Positions 1 to 41,201 of a stretch of DNA of 64,000 nt are shown in pieces (the first letter of the stretch is position 1; every line of letters begins with the position of its first letter). The notes beneath the pieces are model-generated. The model did no database searches and had not been told where the DNA came from. It was given only the letters and a program-made list of their open reading frames with translations. Source of the stretch: Tubulanus polymorphus (Eukaryota; Animalia; Nemertea); assembly GCF_964204645.1 (NCBI RefSeq), contig NC_134026.1, positions 30,476,150 through 30,540,149 of the forward strand, given 5' to 3'. Made by a program: the position numbers and the translations under genes.

Positions 1-289
1 CGAATACGATATCCGATTAGAATCAATAGATTTTATTCATTTCTCAGTTTGTCAGGATATAAATATTCAACTACATTTATATTTACCATCATGAAATAGT
101 AATGTAATATTCAGTACAGCGTACTGCGCACACAAGCTGTAACTATGACTAAAAAAGCCACAAGTGAATTATGTGCATTTATAGCTAGACAGCTATAACA
201 CTACGCTTACTATATGTCCTCTCACATCACAGTCTCTTTGTTCGGAATTCTGAATCATATCTCATCATTTTGTTGTAACTCAAGTTTTT

Positions 290-352
290 CTGAAGACGAC
301 TCTTAGAATATCGAATAAAACATCAACTCGAGGAAACATTTCAGACTCTTTT
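290..352 (+). mobile_element. Degenerate copy of the same Penelope-like hammerhead family as 18963-19184
   Basis: CTGAAGACGACTCTTAGAATA-TCGAATAAA..CTCGAGG..CATTTCAGACT aligns by eye with CTGAAGATGACTATTAGGATATAGTCGAAACG..AATAAA..CTCGAAG..CATTTTCGGACT. Confidence 0.5.
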
Positions 353-3170
353 TTTTTAAATTCTGATATCATAATGATTGTTGTTATTCTACATTATTAT
401 TAACACTACTTTATACATAATACATTAATAATTCCAATAAGACTTGATTAAGTAAGATTACGATAGGAATGAATCCTATACGACAGTCACCCCTGAAATT
501 ATCATTAGTCATAAACAGAAATTGGTCGTAGTATTAATATTTCTGAGTATCTATTTTCCCTCGAGGCCAATGAAGTTGACGAGTTTGAAAATATGAAATA
601 TTCACCGGATCGATCGCAATCAGCTAAACATCACAGTCACCATTACATTACTGAAGTCTCTCTGTTTCAGTCCCGATTCAATTCACTAAGTGTAAGTCGT
701 CATTTTGGGTTAAAGTCATCTGAATATAACGGTCGTCCCAGCTCTAGATGATTTCAATGGTGATTTTCACCGCTGATCGTGTTTCTGGTTTAGTCTGAGA
801 CATCGCCATCAAATCAGCTCATTTTTCACGAGGAGAAAACAATTAAACATTTCCCGATTAACTGCATTCGCGGTGGAGACCATAGAAACAGAACAGTAGA
901 GACAGCAAGGATTCATCAACTCTCTACACAACTCATCTAGTCTGAAACCTCGAAGAAAATTATCTTCCATCGCAAACGGCGAAATAACAAGAAAATTAAC
1001 TTGAAACTTGGAAAATGATAAATCACATAGCTCAATATTGTCGACCGACGGTAATGAAATTACTGGAAAAAATTAAAACTATTACGACAGCAGAATGCAA
1101 GCAGTGCATGGCTGGTGACACCGGTCTGACATTCAGATCTCACTGGATACATTTTGGTGTCAAGTATATATCAGCAATCTAATTAGATTTAATTGAGTAA
1201 CCGACAAATAGTCTAGCGAAACCCATTAATGATGATGTAGTGCACATCGACCGATACACTGCCCAAAAAAATGCCATGTAGTTAGCGATGTATAAAAACA
1301 TTTTTGTAACGGTTTTTATGGCATTAAAAAACATGTTGAACCTCATAAAAACAATGCTACAATATTCTAGATCAACCTCGTTGTGATAGCTGTGTCAGAT
1401 AACAGCAACGAAATGTCATTTCAAGTTTGGCGACACGACACTAAATCACTACTAAACTACATCCGTTCGTTCGAGGCATCGGTTGATATTGCTTTATGTC
1501 TCTCGCTCTCCTAACAGTCTGATAATATACGAGTTAATGTGAAATGGAAACATAACTCACCACGAGAAAGTAAATATCCTCAGGGTTTGTATACATGTAA
1601 CTGGTGGGTACACTGACCGCTGGAGGAGGACAGTAAGACTACATCTCACTGATTACAACAGTCGCTAATATCAATGGATCACCAGTACAGGGGGTCATCA
1701 TATAACATCTCCTCATCAGTAATTACTAACTATTAGATCAATACTGCGTTTGTATATACCTCACTCAGTCTCTTCTATAACATCAACACAGACCATATTA
1801 ACAAAATCTCTTAAGTGACCAAACAGATCAGACCTTGTATAGAATTATACACTGGCTGATTTCAGCTGCTGCTGCTGCTGCTGCTATCATATTCTGTGGC
1901 TATTTTTTTGAACTGCCTAATGTCCATTCGTGGTCTCAGTGAGCTTATCTATCATGGCAATCTCAACTAACCAATCAAATACAATCTTGGCATTTCCAGC
2001 TTCTCGAGAAGGGGAGTTGGCTTTTTTCAGAAGCAGCTTAGAAACACTCGGTGATTGACGAGGGTTCTACCCATGGATTCTTTAAATATACAGATGCATT
2101 TAGGTGCATTACGGGAGTATTTTACAAAGAATTGTTTTGTCAGTAATGAACAGCCCCGGAGTAGCAGCCAAGCCACATAACTCTGACATCATACTGATAG
2201 TCAATACATAACATGACAATTTATAAGCGACCATATTATTTTTTTGTACTATCACATCACGTGTACTTAACCTCTACAGGGGGTCTACATGCTAGTGGCG
2301 CCCCCTAGATCTATCCGCAACACCAAATTATCTGTTGTATCTATGACCGTGGAAGGTGGTATTGCAGCATTCTCCGGCACTAGAGTATAGAGTACACAGT
2401 AACCAGACTTACTGATATTCACAGAGAAAATCAACTCAATCACTGATAGAAAGCCTGTACACATATTGATCATTGATTAATGTCAGGATAAGAGACGTCA
2501 AATCCAATCCCAACCAATCAAGGTCATGTCTATGTATAAAGATAGATATATATGTGGTATTAGTTTGGGTTGAATGATCTCGGTACATGGCAGAAATCTA
2601 CGTTGATTGAGATGATGACATTCTAGTTTATAGATTCATAAAGATTAAGTTGTTCTTATACGTGCAGTACTGGAGAGTAGCTACGTAATCCTCTGTTTTA
2701 TCATGAACAGTTTGATTTGTGTAAGCTTTCATTAGTGTCATACTTTGCTGCCAGTTTTTATACTGATATCTGGCAACGTGATTTGACATTCTTTATGAAT
2801 GGTCTTCACTAATAAAGTGTGGAAATATCAGTGAAAACTACTGAAGCATCCACAGCTTATTCCATCAGGAATTTCTGATTATAGCGTCAATCTCTGAAAA
2901 CTGATTATCACTTCATTCAGAAGTATAGGAAACTGGAATCAGTTGTCATCGAGGCTGTGATTGGTCTAGAGCAGATCACCTCATTTAAATATAAAAGGCC
3001 AAACCTAGGGTAACCATGTGTCTCACTAATCCTAGGTTCTGATTGGTCTAGCTAGAGTTGGTCACTTGATATAAACAAACAGGTCAAGTCTGGGGTTTCC
3101 ATGTGACTCACTAACCCTAGGTTCCGATTGGTCAAGAGCTGGTCACCTGATATAAACAAACAGCTCAAAT

Positions 3171-3381
3171 AAGATAAAAACCCACTATCTACAGATTAAG
3201 AGAATTTAAAAACAAGAATTTATTTATTCAATCTAAAATATATAGAATACACAATGTTTCGATCTCACCCTACAGATCATCGTCAGGTGTGAGATATAGA
3301 CTAAAAACAGGGGTATATACAGAGGAGAACAGGTTTTTATCTTATTATCCGTTCACCACGTTTGAGTGTGGTTATCGTTCT
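3171..3381. mobile_element. Truncated Penelope-like retroelement remnant with inverted segment, hammerhead core and 13-bp TSD
   Basis: Flanked by AAACAGCTCAAAT at 3158-3170 and 3382-3394; 15-bp inverted repeat 3168-3182/3332-3346; minus-strand CTGACGA-T-GATCT..AGATC-GAAAC; 35-nt tail. Confidence 0.75.
3249..3290 (-). ncRNA. Minimal type I hammerhead ribozyme motif (probably decayed)
   Basis: ACAC-CUGACGA-U-GAUCU(GUAGGGUG)AGAUC-GAAACAUU-GUGU: 4-bp stem I, 5-bp stem II; stem III AACAUU deviates from the palindromic AACGUU. Confidence 0.65.
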
Positions 3382-4230
3382 AAACAGCTCAAATCTATAA
3401 TTACCATATGTCTCTAGTTGGTTTGGGGCTGGTCACAAAGTTACAATCATAGAACTGGTTAGAGGCTTATTTCAAAAGGTACCATTAACTTTATTGTGAA
3501 ACTATGGCATAGGGAGAGTGGATGGAATAGAAATAGTAATTATAGATAGTCTTATGGTCACAGTATAATCAAACACCAATAAAATTCACCAGCTACCAAT
3601 CTAATCATAGGCCTCCAGCATAAATGGCAATTAGTCTTTCAGCAATAGAATTCTCGACCCATGTACAGAGTAAGATGTATTCTACTTACTGAGATATTTC
3701 AATATACATCCATCTTAAACTCTATCTTATAATTATCTAACTGTATATAAATATATCTATTATTTAGTTCAATTTCTTTGGTACATGGACTCATCAAAAT
3801 ACCATGAATTCACTACAAAAACTGTTATTTCACTCACCTAATTTCATGCAATAAGTAAGAACACAATTTCCTTTATTTTCTTGTTTCTGAAATGAGAACA
3901 CAATGAAGTGACAGTATGTGTAGGGCTGATATATAATATAGTACTGAACGCTGAACGCGTACAGGCGCAGAAATACATATTCTTATTTAAATTACACGAT
4001 TTAAAATGACAAAAGCCGACTGTGGTCATAAAACACGATCACAACCCGTACAGTAGTAGCTAATGTTTCTCACACGCGGTCATAAATTAAAACTGTTTCA
4101 AACGTAAAGAAGTTATTTTTTTTTTATTAGAATAAAATGTGGAAGTCATGAATAAACTTATTGACTCAATTATGATCTAAGCTGATATCTGAATCTCTGT
4201 ATTTCAGCACTGAGTAAAAGCCTCTTCTCG

Positions 4231-4517
4231 CCCTACATCAAACAGTGGATACACCGCATCATACCCTACATCAAACAGTGGATACACTGCATCATACCCT
4301 ACACCAAACAGTGGATACACCGCATCACACCCTACACCAAACAGTGGATACACCGCATCATACCCTACACCGAACAGTATATACACTGCATCATACCCTA
4401 CACCAAACAGTGGATACACCGCATCATACCCTATACCAAACAGTGGATACACCGCATCATACCCTACACCAAACAGTGGATACACCGCATCATACCCTAC
4501 ATCAAACAGTGGATACT
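4231..4517. repeat. 33-bp minisatellite, ~8.7 copies
   Basis: Unit CCCTACACCAAACAGTGGATACACCGCATCATA. Confidence 0.95.
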
Positions 4518-4705
4518 GTATGAATGAAATACCCTATCATTAATGCATTCTTCATACTAATTTTTTATATACGAAACCAAACAAAAACTAACGTTCAGTA
4601 TCATATAGTAGATTCAACCGTAAATTCCTATGTACCGTAAGAACAACCAGACTATGCGTTAATTTACCTTGGTCTGGTTGGCAGTCACTAGGGTTTCATA
4701 TGTTC

Positions 4706-4830
4706 AGTGGAACCTCGTTACAACGAACTTCAGGGCACCAGAAAATATGTTTGTTATAACTAATAGTTCCTTAAACAGCGGAACCTCGTTACAATGAACT
4801 TCAAGGCACAAGAAAATATGTTTGTTATAA
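4706..4830 (+). mobile_element. Tandemly duplicated end of a Tc1/mariner-pogo-type MITE (CAGTGGAACCTCG family)
   Basis: Two copies of CAG(T/C)GGAACCTCGTTACAA(C/T)GAACTTCA.GGCAC.AGAAAATATGTTTGTTATAAC; same family at 25883-26057 and 46143-46374. Confidence 0.7.
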
Positions 4831-4924
4831 CCGATAATTCTAGTAGTTCTTGTTCTAGATGGTTGGCACTAAAAAATAGAGATGACTTCAGTTACGTGAG
4901 GACTTATCCAAACAAAGACTGATA

Positions 4925-5136
4925 CTTAATAAATTGAATTGCAAGTAGGCTACAAATTTCGACTTTTTATTAATAACCTCAACCCACTTAGCGGGTACGA
5001 TGTTTCTTTTTCCGAAATGGGGAGAGACCATAGAGGAACCTTTGACCAATTAACTCCGTCGCCACAAGGATTCGAACCCATAAACCCGAGTTTGAAGAGA
5101 CCGATGACCAGCAGCTTACACCACTCGGCAACTGCC
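4925..5136 (-). mobile_element. tRNA-derived SINE-like element
   Basis: Minus-strand head GGCAGTTGCCGAGTGGTGTAAG (A box) and GGTTCGAATCC (B box, 5068-5078); no clean cloverleaf; 3' boundary approximate. Confidence 0.55.
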
Positions 5137-8100
5137 TCACACTGGGACTCAAAAATAACTGACATTCGAATCAGGAGGGAAAACTTCATAAAAACTTGAC
5201 AAACCACAGCGAACAAAACTGACCGAATTATCTGATCAAAATTTATGTGAGAAAAACAATTATCAAGGTATTTTACATGACACCTATATGTCAATGAAAC
5301 AATATGTTCTATTCCCATCATTGGCTCCTCGTACAACATAGCATCGGTGAGGTATGAGTTACTATGACAACCAGGTTACATCTCCGTCGCCTTGCTGATG
5401 AAAAAGACTCCTCATCCCGAAGCCAAGCTCCTAATTGTTTTATGGAGATCTCATACAAAATAGCTATTCATGTCTGTGTGCGTGTGTGGATTAATTCACT
5501 GGACATTCATTATATGGTTGAAGCAGTGATCGCTGCAAGGGCATTCACACAGCTGTCACTTAAATATCTGCACATCTGAAAATCAGTCAATCTCGTTCAA
5601 AATTCTGCTGCTAACAACAATCATTGCTTTATAAAGTGGTGAGTTAATGTGGAAAATAGTGAATTGCACCAAAATTAAGATTTTATTTTTTCCTTATTTA
5701 GAAGGAAACCAAAAAGCATTGCTACTAAAGCGGTCACGCTGTTATTAATGTTACCCCCTTATCTAATGCCGAGTGACGACAACCGCTAGGCAGCTTCAAC
5801 CGAGAAATGCAATTCCTTTTTTTATGGACCTCGCTTTCTTATTTTCCTCGCTGCGTTGACTAGACACAGTTGAAGTATTTTTGTTAGCAGTAATAGTGGT
5901 ATTTATCTATGTTGATGATATGTAATCAGCGTAAGATGAGTATTATATGAATCAATCTGCTTCACTGACCACTATAACCACAATGACATATTGATTTTCA
6001 TACGGCATAAACGGCGATCTGTATTTTCAATTTGTTTCCTCCCTCCCCTCAAGCGCATAATTGTCCAGTTACAGCCGAAATAATCAAGCAACATTCTTTT
6101 CGATCGATACAGATCTAATGCGGCGTGAGTCAATGCCAGGTTTACGCTGAACATTCATTATAGAAATGGTGGAGTTTTTGATGAAATAGTCATGACAAAA
6201 TTCAATATCAATCTTTTCAGTAAAACCCTTTAAGATCAAAATATTGTCTATTGTAACATGCTCTAAAACTGAGAAAATAGATATCATTTTAAAGCAGGGA
6301 AATGAACTGAACTAAAACTATCATTCTATTATTATCATTAATAATTATTCTTATTCATCCTTGCACATTCATTGCACTGGGGCACTTCGCCTCAGCACTT
6401 GTAGCTGTTTAGCTTTAAAGCTTGCTGTGTCCCTCTCCATATTGTTAATCAACTATTCAATATATATTGTTAATTATAAAAAAAATGTGGAGAAAATACA
6501 TCATATCGTCATATCATAAATGTATCTATAAAATGGGTGGAGTTGAATACATGTCGCTGGCTACATGAGTCAAATTGTGATTATATTATTAGTTTGTATG
6601 TTCAGACAATCTTAAAGCTATAAATAGAAGACAAATATCCCTGCAGTAAATGGTCACAAATCAATAAACTCAACTAATCATTTCACATGAATCAAAAACA
6701 TCTACAAAGGGAAGGCTGCCGACACAAAAAAAACCGTACTCGTAATATTTGAAAAGATCAATTGTAGCCAGAGCGACCTAGAGCAACCCGATAACAATCT
6801 AATCATCGGCACATGCATTATTCATCAATTTTCAAACGTTCAAAATTAATACGATTTCATAGATAAAACGAACTCGTCAGAAGCACGGATTTAAAACGCG
6901 TTTCATTATAGGTTCTGATAAGTAGCTTATACTTCATACACTTAATACTCATTGATAAAACACTCTGTCCATTTGTTCAGCTTGTCTACTGTTTTTATGC
7001 TGTATTATATTACCCCTAGTTTGTGGTGTACATCTCATAATTTCGTTATACCACGAGTATTCCTGCAGATAATTATTAGGACATAGCCAAAATGTTGAAT
7101 AAACTACTAGGTCAGAAGATATTTCGGATTCTATTTTCAAACACTCAGTCAATTTGTTTGTAAATGCTGTAGGCATTACCTACTCGCTACCCCTTGTTTG
7201 CATCACATCTTATTAGTGAATAAGTCTATTTTTTCTGGATAGTTGTATCATAATTTAGTAACAGTTAGCATACGTGAAGATGACTATTGTAGAAACATCA
7301 ACTATCCGCTTTAGGAAACATTTCAAACTCAATTTTCTAAATTTAATGTGGGATTCTATCTTCGTCCACTAACAATTGCTGTCGCAAAATATCAGTGAAC
7401 AACAAAAGTGACAATTACTCAGATGTATAATAAGTATTTTCCTGAAGAGAGGATTTAGCCATCTGTTGTAACGATCTGTTGGCCATTAAACAGCTGTGAT
7501 ACGTGCCATACTGCAGTTTAATAACACATTGTCAACAGCTAACAATTAGAGAAACAAAACCATTCAAACGCACTTAACAAAATCTCGCATGAAATTCCTC
7601 AGCACAATGACATAGGACAAACTAGCTCATTCCAGCACACACACAGGGCTCCAGGTTAGATATCTATCAGTGACCCGGACTGTTGTGTTCGATGATTGGT
7701 TATTTCCACCAAATCTCATTTTATTATAGATTCACAATCCACCTGAGGCCAGTAGCTCAAGAGTCAATGGAATCGAGATAAATCTCATTGGAGATTGAGA
7801 TGTACACATAGTAACCGTGTTGAAGTTAGTCTAACAGTTAAACCAGTTTACTCTTAGACTGGTTTCACAGAAAAGGGGGCCAACTTTTAAGTAATTGACC
7901 CCCCTGATCACTTAAGTTACTAACTTCATACACAAGCCTTAAATATCTACGTCCTGAAAGACAAAATTCTATGTTCTGGGTGTTCTGTGAACAATAAATT
8001 CAAGATATCTGTCAGACTGAAACACAGCAAATAGAACAGGGACATATTTTTCACTCAACTCTCAGTAACAAACGATCGTCGATGGTCATGGATGCGATAC

Positions 8101-9180
8101 TGGACAGTCAGAGGGAGGTAATGTCACCTCAGAGAATACAGTCAGTCACAGCACATGAACTACCTAAATTGGTGAATCTGACATTTTAAAATGTGTGACA
8201 TGATTTCTGTCTGAACTAACTTTAACTACTTACACTACTTAGGCCTACACATCCAACGTCATAAGCACATCCAACGAGTCAAAAATGATACGAACGGTAG
8301 GCCTACTTATTTGACAGTTCGACAACATTAACAATCATAAAAGACCTAACAAGTTACATGAAATACAATTAACAGTGAAGGATATACCTTTTAACAGATT
8401 GATAATTCACTAGGACTAGTACACTACAGATAATCCAAACAATGTGAGCCGCTGACTGAAAAGTGCAACCTGCACCACCGCACCAGGAAGTGAATGAATA
8501 GTTAGAGCTTCGAGCAACTTAGTTCCTATTCTACTCATTAGATGGCACGAATATACGGCGTCCGTGGAGAATAAAACACGGAATCGGACTATCCAACTCG
8601 ATGTATCTTTAACCCGCTTTTAAAAGAATATTCTCTATAGAAAAACTCAGGCGTTGATAGAAATACAAGTTTAAAACGGAATATTATCGAACGATATATG
8701 AAAACCTTTTTTACTCGCATGCCACAATTGGAAATCCAACTGTCAGGTTGCGACCGTCATGTGCTGCCCCTAAATATAACGGTAGCGGCAAAAACGTGAA
8801 CTAACTAAGTACTCACATGCCAGAGCTTTAAACACAAACCTATTTATCGAAATATAATGTTTGTATGGTGTATAACACCGACCACTGGCGGGCCGGACTC
8901 GGCGAAATATCCATGAAACACCTCTTAGACTACACAGTGGGTAGATTTCGATCATACATGGTACAAATAATTTCCGGGGAATCATCTTGCATTTTTGTCG
9001 GGGGGTGACTGTGATTACCATATTTTATTCTGATTATTCCCTGATGTACATGGAATTGGCACCTCGATAAATCTATTCCTTCAACAAACCACAGAACTAA
9101 GGACTAGAAAACTTGATATATAAAAAAACATATCCATTCTTCTTCAATAAACTTTACATCATCGTCATCTGCCATAGAAT

Positions 9181-12079
9181 TCAAAAGAATTCTTGAGCTC
9201 TTTGTCGTTTGGGTAAATTCAGTAAATTGTCTGTCAATGAACAAGGATCATCGATTGCATGTTTAGGAGTTGTGTTAGAAGAAGTCGGAGTTCGCACGGA
9301 TTTCGGCGTTCGTCGAGGTGTTATTTTAGGAGTAGGTGTTTTTGATCCAGGAGTACGTCTTACTGGACTCGGGGTATAACTAGCTCTTAAAGCTTTATCC
9401 GTTGAAGTACGTATTCCGAGTTTAGCGTTTGCCAGTCTTTGAGCGGCGGGAGACATGTTCTTTAGGCGTTCCATTGAATTTTGAGATCCGAATTTCGGTG
9501 AAGGACTGAAAATGTAAAAAGAGACTGTGGTTATTTTCTGAAGTAACAGTACTGAAGATAAAATAAGTCGTTGTAGTTGGGACGATCATTGTCTCAATGA
9601 TTTATCACAATCGTGACTTTTAATTCACTGAATTGGAAAAACTGTAGAAGCGACTTTTAGTCAGCTGAAGCTATGACGTCAGGGAGTTCAACTCTTATAA
9701 ATATGAACCCGGTCCCACGGTTGTGATAAATATCTAATCTGAGGATAGATTTATTGAAAATTAATTAAAGTTTAGAGTGAACTGTGGGAGTGGGTGCTGC
9801 ATGTTGTATTGTTACCTAGTTAAATGATTTTTGACAGTTTTCATCGCTTTCTCTTTTTTCGCTCTGTGAGCCTTGTTCGCCTTTTCAGCCAGATCGAAGG
9901 CGATTTGGTCACGTTTCGGTACTTGAGGGATCTAGAAAAATGAGAAAAATATGAATAGGAAAAATGTATCATTAAAAAATTTCCTCACCTTTTCCAGGGT
10001 GTGGGAAAAAAACTTCCAAAACCTGTAAAACCTTGGGTCCAGTTCCACAGTTCGGAATTAAGATTTGACTCTGAGTTTACTCATTGAAAATGAACTAACT
10101 TTAACTCAGAGTTAACTCTAACTCATGACTATGGAACTGGGTCCTGATGATTCTTTAAATTATTGTTATAATTTACCTTAAATGACGGACCGGGCGTGGC
10201 ACCTGTTAATGGGGTAATATTCCCGTCTAGTCTAAACGGAGTACTCTCAATCTCACCCCACGTCATTAACGGAGAAGCATCGACTCCGGGAGCCGGAGAC
10301 GGAGTCGCTACGAATCCGAATCCGTTCACATGCGGTGAAGTTAACGGTAATAATTCTTTACCGTCTGCTCCAACGCGACCGTGTCGTACAATCGCTTGAG
10401 TTGAAGCTGCATTTGCGATTGTCTCTTTATTTTTACTAACATTAAACGGATTCGATTTAAACCGCGTATTTTCGTGCAGTATTTCACGCGGTTTCCCTTT
10501 CTGTTTTTCGATCTTTTCCGCGTTACTTTCAGCAGCACCTGAAAATATCATTAAAAAAATAACGTGATCAAACCTGTGAAAATTAGGTCATTAATTCAGT
10601 CAGGTTAGTGGCAACCCTGAATTTTCATTTTTTCCACATTTATTTCCTGTTGAATGTAATTTGAGCGCGTACCATCTGGAATATACATCAACGCATTCAT
10701 TGGTGTGTACTGCCAACTTTGAATAGTTCTCAAAGAGTTTGCAGCATTGTCCGAAATCGCTTGCTTTTCAACTCCTGGTAATGCCAGAACTTCTTCTTTC
10801 TCCTAGTTACGTAGAATACATTGTTATAACTAACAAGGCACAAGCACTGAATGAATGTATCGGTAACTTTAACTGTCGATATTAACCTGTTCTTGTTCAC
10901 CAATTTTCTCATAAAGCCACTCTTCTTTCAGACGTTTTTTTCTCTCATTTTCCACCATGATTTCTGTAAATGCTGCATTATCCTCGCTTGTATATTTAGT
11001 AAGATATTTATCCAGTGAAACAGCGACACGTTTCTCATCTAAAATGAAAAAATAAACTCCTCTCAGTTAAATCCTCGTTGCTTCATCAGAAATAATTACA
11101 TCTATCAATATTCGAATTAACCTTTTTTATCAGCGTCTAGAAATGGATTGTGAGTTGGGTGTTTTTCGGGAGGTTTTTCAGGTTTCCGTGTGGGAGATTT
11201 CGGTGCGTCAAAGTCCGGAGTTTCAAACGTTGAAGGAGTCGGCATATCTGTAAATAATAAACAAACAACTATAAAATAACATGAAACATATGAACATGTA
11301 ATTAAACTTACAATTCAGGGTCCAGTTTCACAAAACGGAATAAGGCCTAAATTGATTTAAGATAAACTGAATGAATGAACAAATTAAATCGATTTAAGAG
11401 TTAAACCTTCTTGTGAAACTGGGCCCTTTCGTTGCACAGTCGTGACTTAAGTCAAAAAGTGGTCTTAAATGTTCAGACTGGTCTTAAGTCTAAGCCATGA
11501 CTATGCAACTGGCCCCTGGTGCTATAAAAAGGTTAAATCTAGGTAACATGAAACCTATAAATCTAAAAACTCCTAACCCTAAAATTCTACTTGCACAATC
11601 TGTTTTTATCCTAATTAAAAAATTAATGTATTCAATCACAAATTTTGGCAAAACAGCGTTTACTAAAATAATGCCACAATGGCAAAAATCCACATTCTAA
11701 TGAATAACTGACCAGCAGTAGCTGCTCCAGTTGTCGCTCGTCTTGGACAGTATTTCACTTGTAATACACGCAGTGTTTCTGTATCTTTATTCGCCCAAGC
11801 TTCTAAATATTCATTCTGATCTTTCAGTTTTTCGAGATCGGGATAAAAATCACGTTGGATAATCTTCTCGACATCCTATAGAATAAAAAATACACTGGTC
11901 ATGAGCCATTCTCGTTGTTGTTGAATAAAATTGTATCGAATTGAATTGATTATTTGAGAGAATACCTCTGTGTACGTATCTTCATCTAGAATTTTCTTTA
12001 CTTCTTTCACTTTGACATCGACATTAAACGTATCCTTAGCCACTTGTAGCGCTTTTGTACCGATTTCGGAAATTTCCAT
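9181..12079 (-). CDS. ESS2: Splicing factor ESS-2 homolog (DGCR14/ES2), 8 coding exons, ~495 aa
   Basis: Exons (minus): 12079-11966, 11875-11713, 11247-11122, 11038-10887, 10802-10673, 10538-10177, 9931-9816, 9505-9181; all GT-AG and frame-consistent (1488 nt). Family motifs: ILDEDTY..KIIQRDFYPD, TPSTFETP, SLDKYLTKYTSEDNAAF, NALMYIPDG, GFGFVATPSPAPGVDASPLMTWGEIESTPFRLDG, MSPAAQRL, LTDNLLNLP. Confidence 0.95.
10035..10144. mobile_element. Short MITE with GGGTCCAGTTCCACAGT termini (Harbinger-like), ESS2 intron 6
   Basis: TIRs GGGTCCAGTTCCACAGT / ACTATGGAACTGGGTCC; near-identical copy at 42065-42161. Confidence 0.75.
11318..11515. mobile_element. Two abutting Harbinger-like MITEs in ESS2 intron 2
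   Basis: GGGTCCAGTTTCACAA..TTGTGAAACTGGGCCC (11318-11426) followed by GTTGCACAGTCGTG..CATGACTATGCAACTGGCCC; outer flanks CAG and CTG. Confidence 0.7.
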
Positions 12080-12595
12080 CGCAAAACGTTGCTTTTATGT
12101 AGATCAACATCAATAACTATAACTGACTGAAAACTTGACTTCCTGGTCCGAAAGACAATCCTATTCCGCAATGTAGCGTACACTCTCAGCCTCAATACTC
12201 GCTTACCGCAGTTAAGATATTGCTCAGCGCAGTTAGTTCTCACCTTTACCGCTAATTACGTACATAGAGGCAACACTTGACGGACAATGGCAGCGGGCTA
12301 GATTCCTCTGAATAATTCAGCAATGATGCTTAGTTGAAACACAACTCGAGAAATTCCTGATTGCAACTGATCACCCTGTAGTAGGGTATCGACTATGACT
12401 TTTAGTCAACACGGCATTGATTTCGGACAGGCCCTGGTAAGCGAAGATAAAAACCTACAAAATTGTTACATCCGCAGTAAAACAAGTTAGCACAAACATC
12501 TTGCAAATGGTTAATGTTGAATGCTAGAACTCAAAACTATTGGTTTAAAACCTTCCGAATTCGATAAATAAAGGTTACAGTCACAAACATATATA
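12080..12595. promoter_or_regulatory. Putative bidirectional promoter shared by ESS2 and POLR2E
   Basis: Divergent start codons separated by 516 bp; ETS-like ACTTCC(TG) near 12138 and YY1-like CAATGGCAG near 12284. Confidence 0.55.
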
Positions 12596-14172
<1,577 letters not shown>

Positions 14173-14202
14173 CCGGTCTGTGTGTGCGTTGATTTGGATG
14201 TT

Positions 14203-14208
14203 AATAAA
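14203..14208 (+). terminator. Probable POLR2E polyadenylation signal AATAAA
   Basis: AATAAA 30 nt after the stop codon, followed by GT-rich sequence. Confidence 0.55.
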
Positions 14209-14804
14209 ACGGTTTAAATCAAGTTGTGATTATAAACAGTCATTTTCGTAAACCAGAGAAGTGCATTTGATGCTTAAAGCTTGGAAATCGAGGTTCCAAT
14301 TACATCATTCATATTTTCTTCATTAAATGCGAGCTGTGTTCTATATTATTCTAAAATAAAAGAAAAATTTCATAAAATAAACAGAAAAATGAGTTTTTGT
14401 TTATCTCGTATTTGGCGATGGAGGATTTTTTTCAAATCCCAACAGTGACGACAATGGGTCAAGAAATCTACATTTGTTTATACCTTTCTGTATTTGTATT
14501 GATACTTAAGACAGTGCTACGGTCCTGAGTAGGCGACAGGATGCCAATCAATTTCATTTGTTCAATAAATCAGAAGTAGCATGGGTTCAAACCAGAAAAC
14601 CCCTACATGGGGTTCATACGTACAAGGTAGTTGTCAGAGAATAGATTTATTTACTCGACTGATAACCACCTGGCGGATGATATGGTAACTATTGTGAATG
14701 CGTGGGATTCGAGCCTGAAGTGATTATCCACGTGTTTAATGTTTACACACGGATGACGCATGCGCACGTCAGTCAATCAGTCAGTCATTGATTCACAACC
14801 CCTA

Positions 14805-40464
<25,660 letters not shown>

Positions 40465-41169
40465 ATTTAACTCGTTAAAGGGGCCGTTTATAAAGTATGT
40501 ATGCATCTACTGGGAAAGTGTAAAAAATTGGTCTCTTCTCCCTATGTGCACAGTGTTAAAAATGTCAGTAATTTATAAATGGCCCCTTATAGTTACAACT
40601 GTGCTTCGTTTGTTTGCGGAGTAAGGCATTTTCTTCTTATTACTTGGAGCACGGATTCTTCAAGAAAATGTTTAAAAAAAATTTCTATAAATGAAAGGGA
40701 ACAAGAAAAAATTTTTTGAAAAATGTTGACAAACACAATGGAGGCTAAAAAAAGATTCTTATTTGGAGTTTATTTGTGGAATTGTGGCAGGTTGAGTCGT
40801 ACTTTAAGTAATTAGAAAATGCCTTACTTTTAATTGAGAAATATAGAAATTATCGTCATCTTTTTAGTAAATTCCTCAGGTTTTTTTATATATTCGTTTG
40901 AAATGAAGCATTTAATGTGTTCTTATTTGACACACGTCGAAATCTTAATTTCACACCTCTCTGAATGAATTATCTGTGGTCCAACAACAATAATATCTCT
41001 ACAGCTGGTCGGGTGTGACCTTTCTGTTAGCTGTGTCACTAAAAATATACCATCAAAATTATGGTAAAATTTCATTATTAATTGTCTGTGTTTAGTTATT
41101 ATTATTCTAAATTCACGGTGTACATTTAGATTGTTGCCAAAACGATTGTTGTGAATATCATTCGTGGAT

Positions 41170-41201
<32 letters not shown>

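Larger units (their letters stand above)
2958..3436. repeat. Degenerate ~80-85 bp tandem repeat (about 3 units) interrupted by the Penelope-like insertion
   Basis: Recurrent GATTGGTC..GAG..TCAC..ATATAAA..CCATGTG.CTCACTAA.CCTAGGTTC; the third unit resumes after 3394. Confidence 0.7.

Noticed and set aside
4204-4523. Overlapping ORFs with 11-aa repeats on both strands
   Set aside because: Explained by a 33-bp minisatellite; no splice or homology support.
5050-5136. Possible tRNA gene on the minus strand
   Set aside because: A and B boxes present but acceptor and anticodon stems do not pair properly; treated as a SINE head.
1-8600. Possible 5' non-coding exons of a minus-strand gene leaving the window (donor-like sites near 604, 1559, 3837, 8387; ETS motif CAGGAAGTG near 8484)
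   Set aside because: No coding exon or recognisable protein found; isolated motifs are insufficient.
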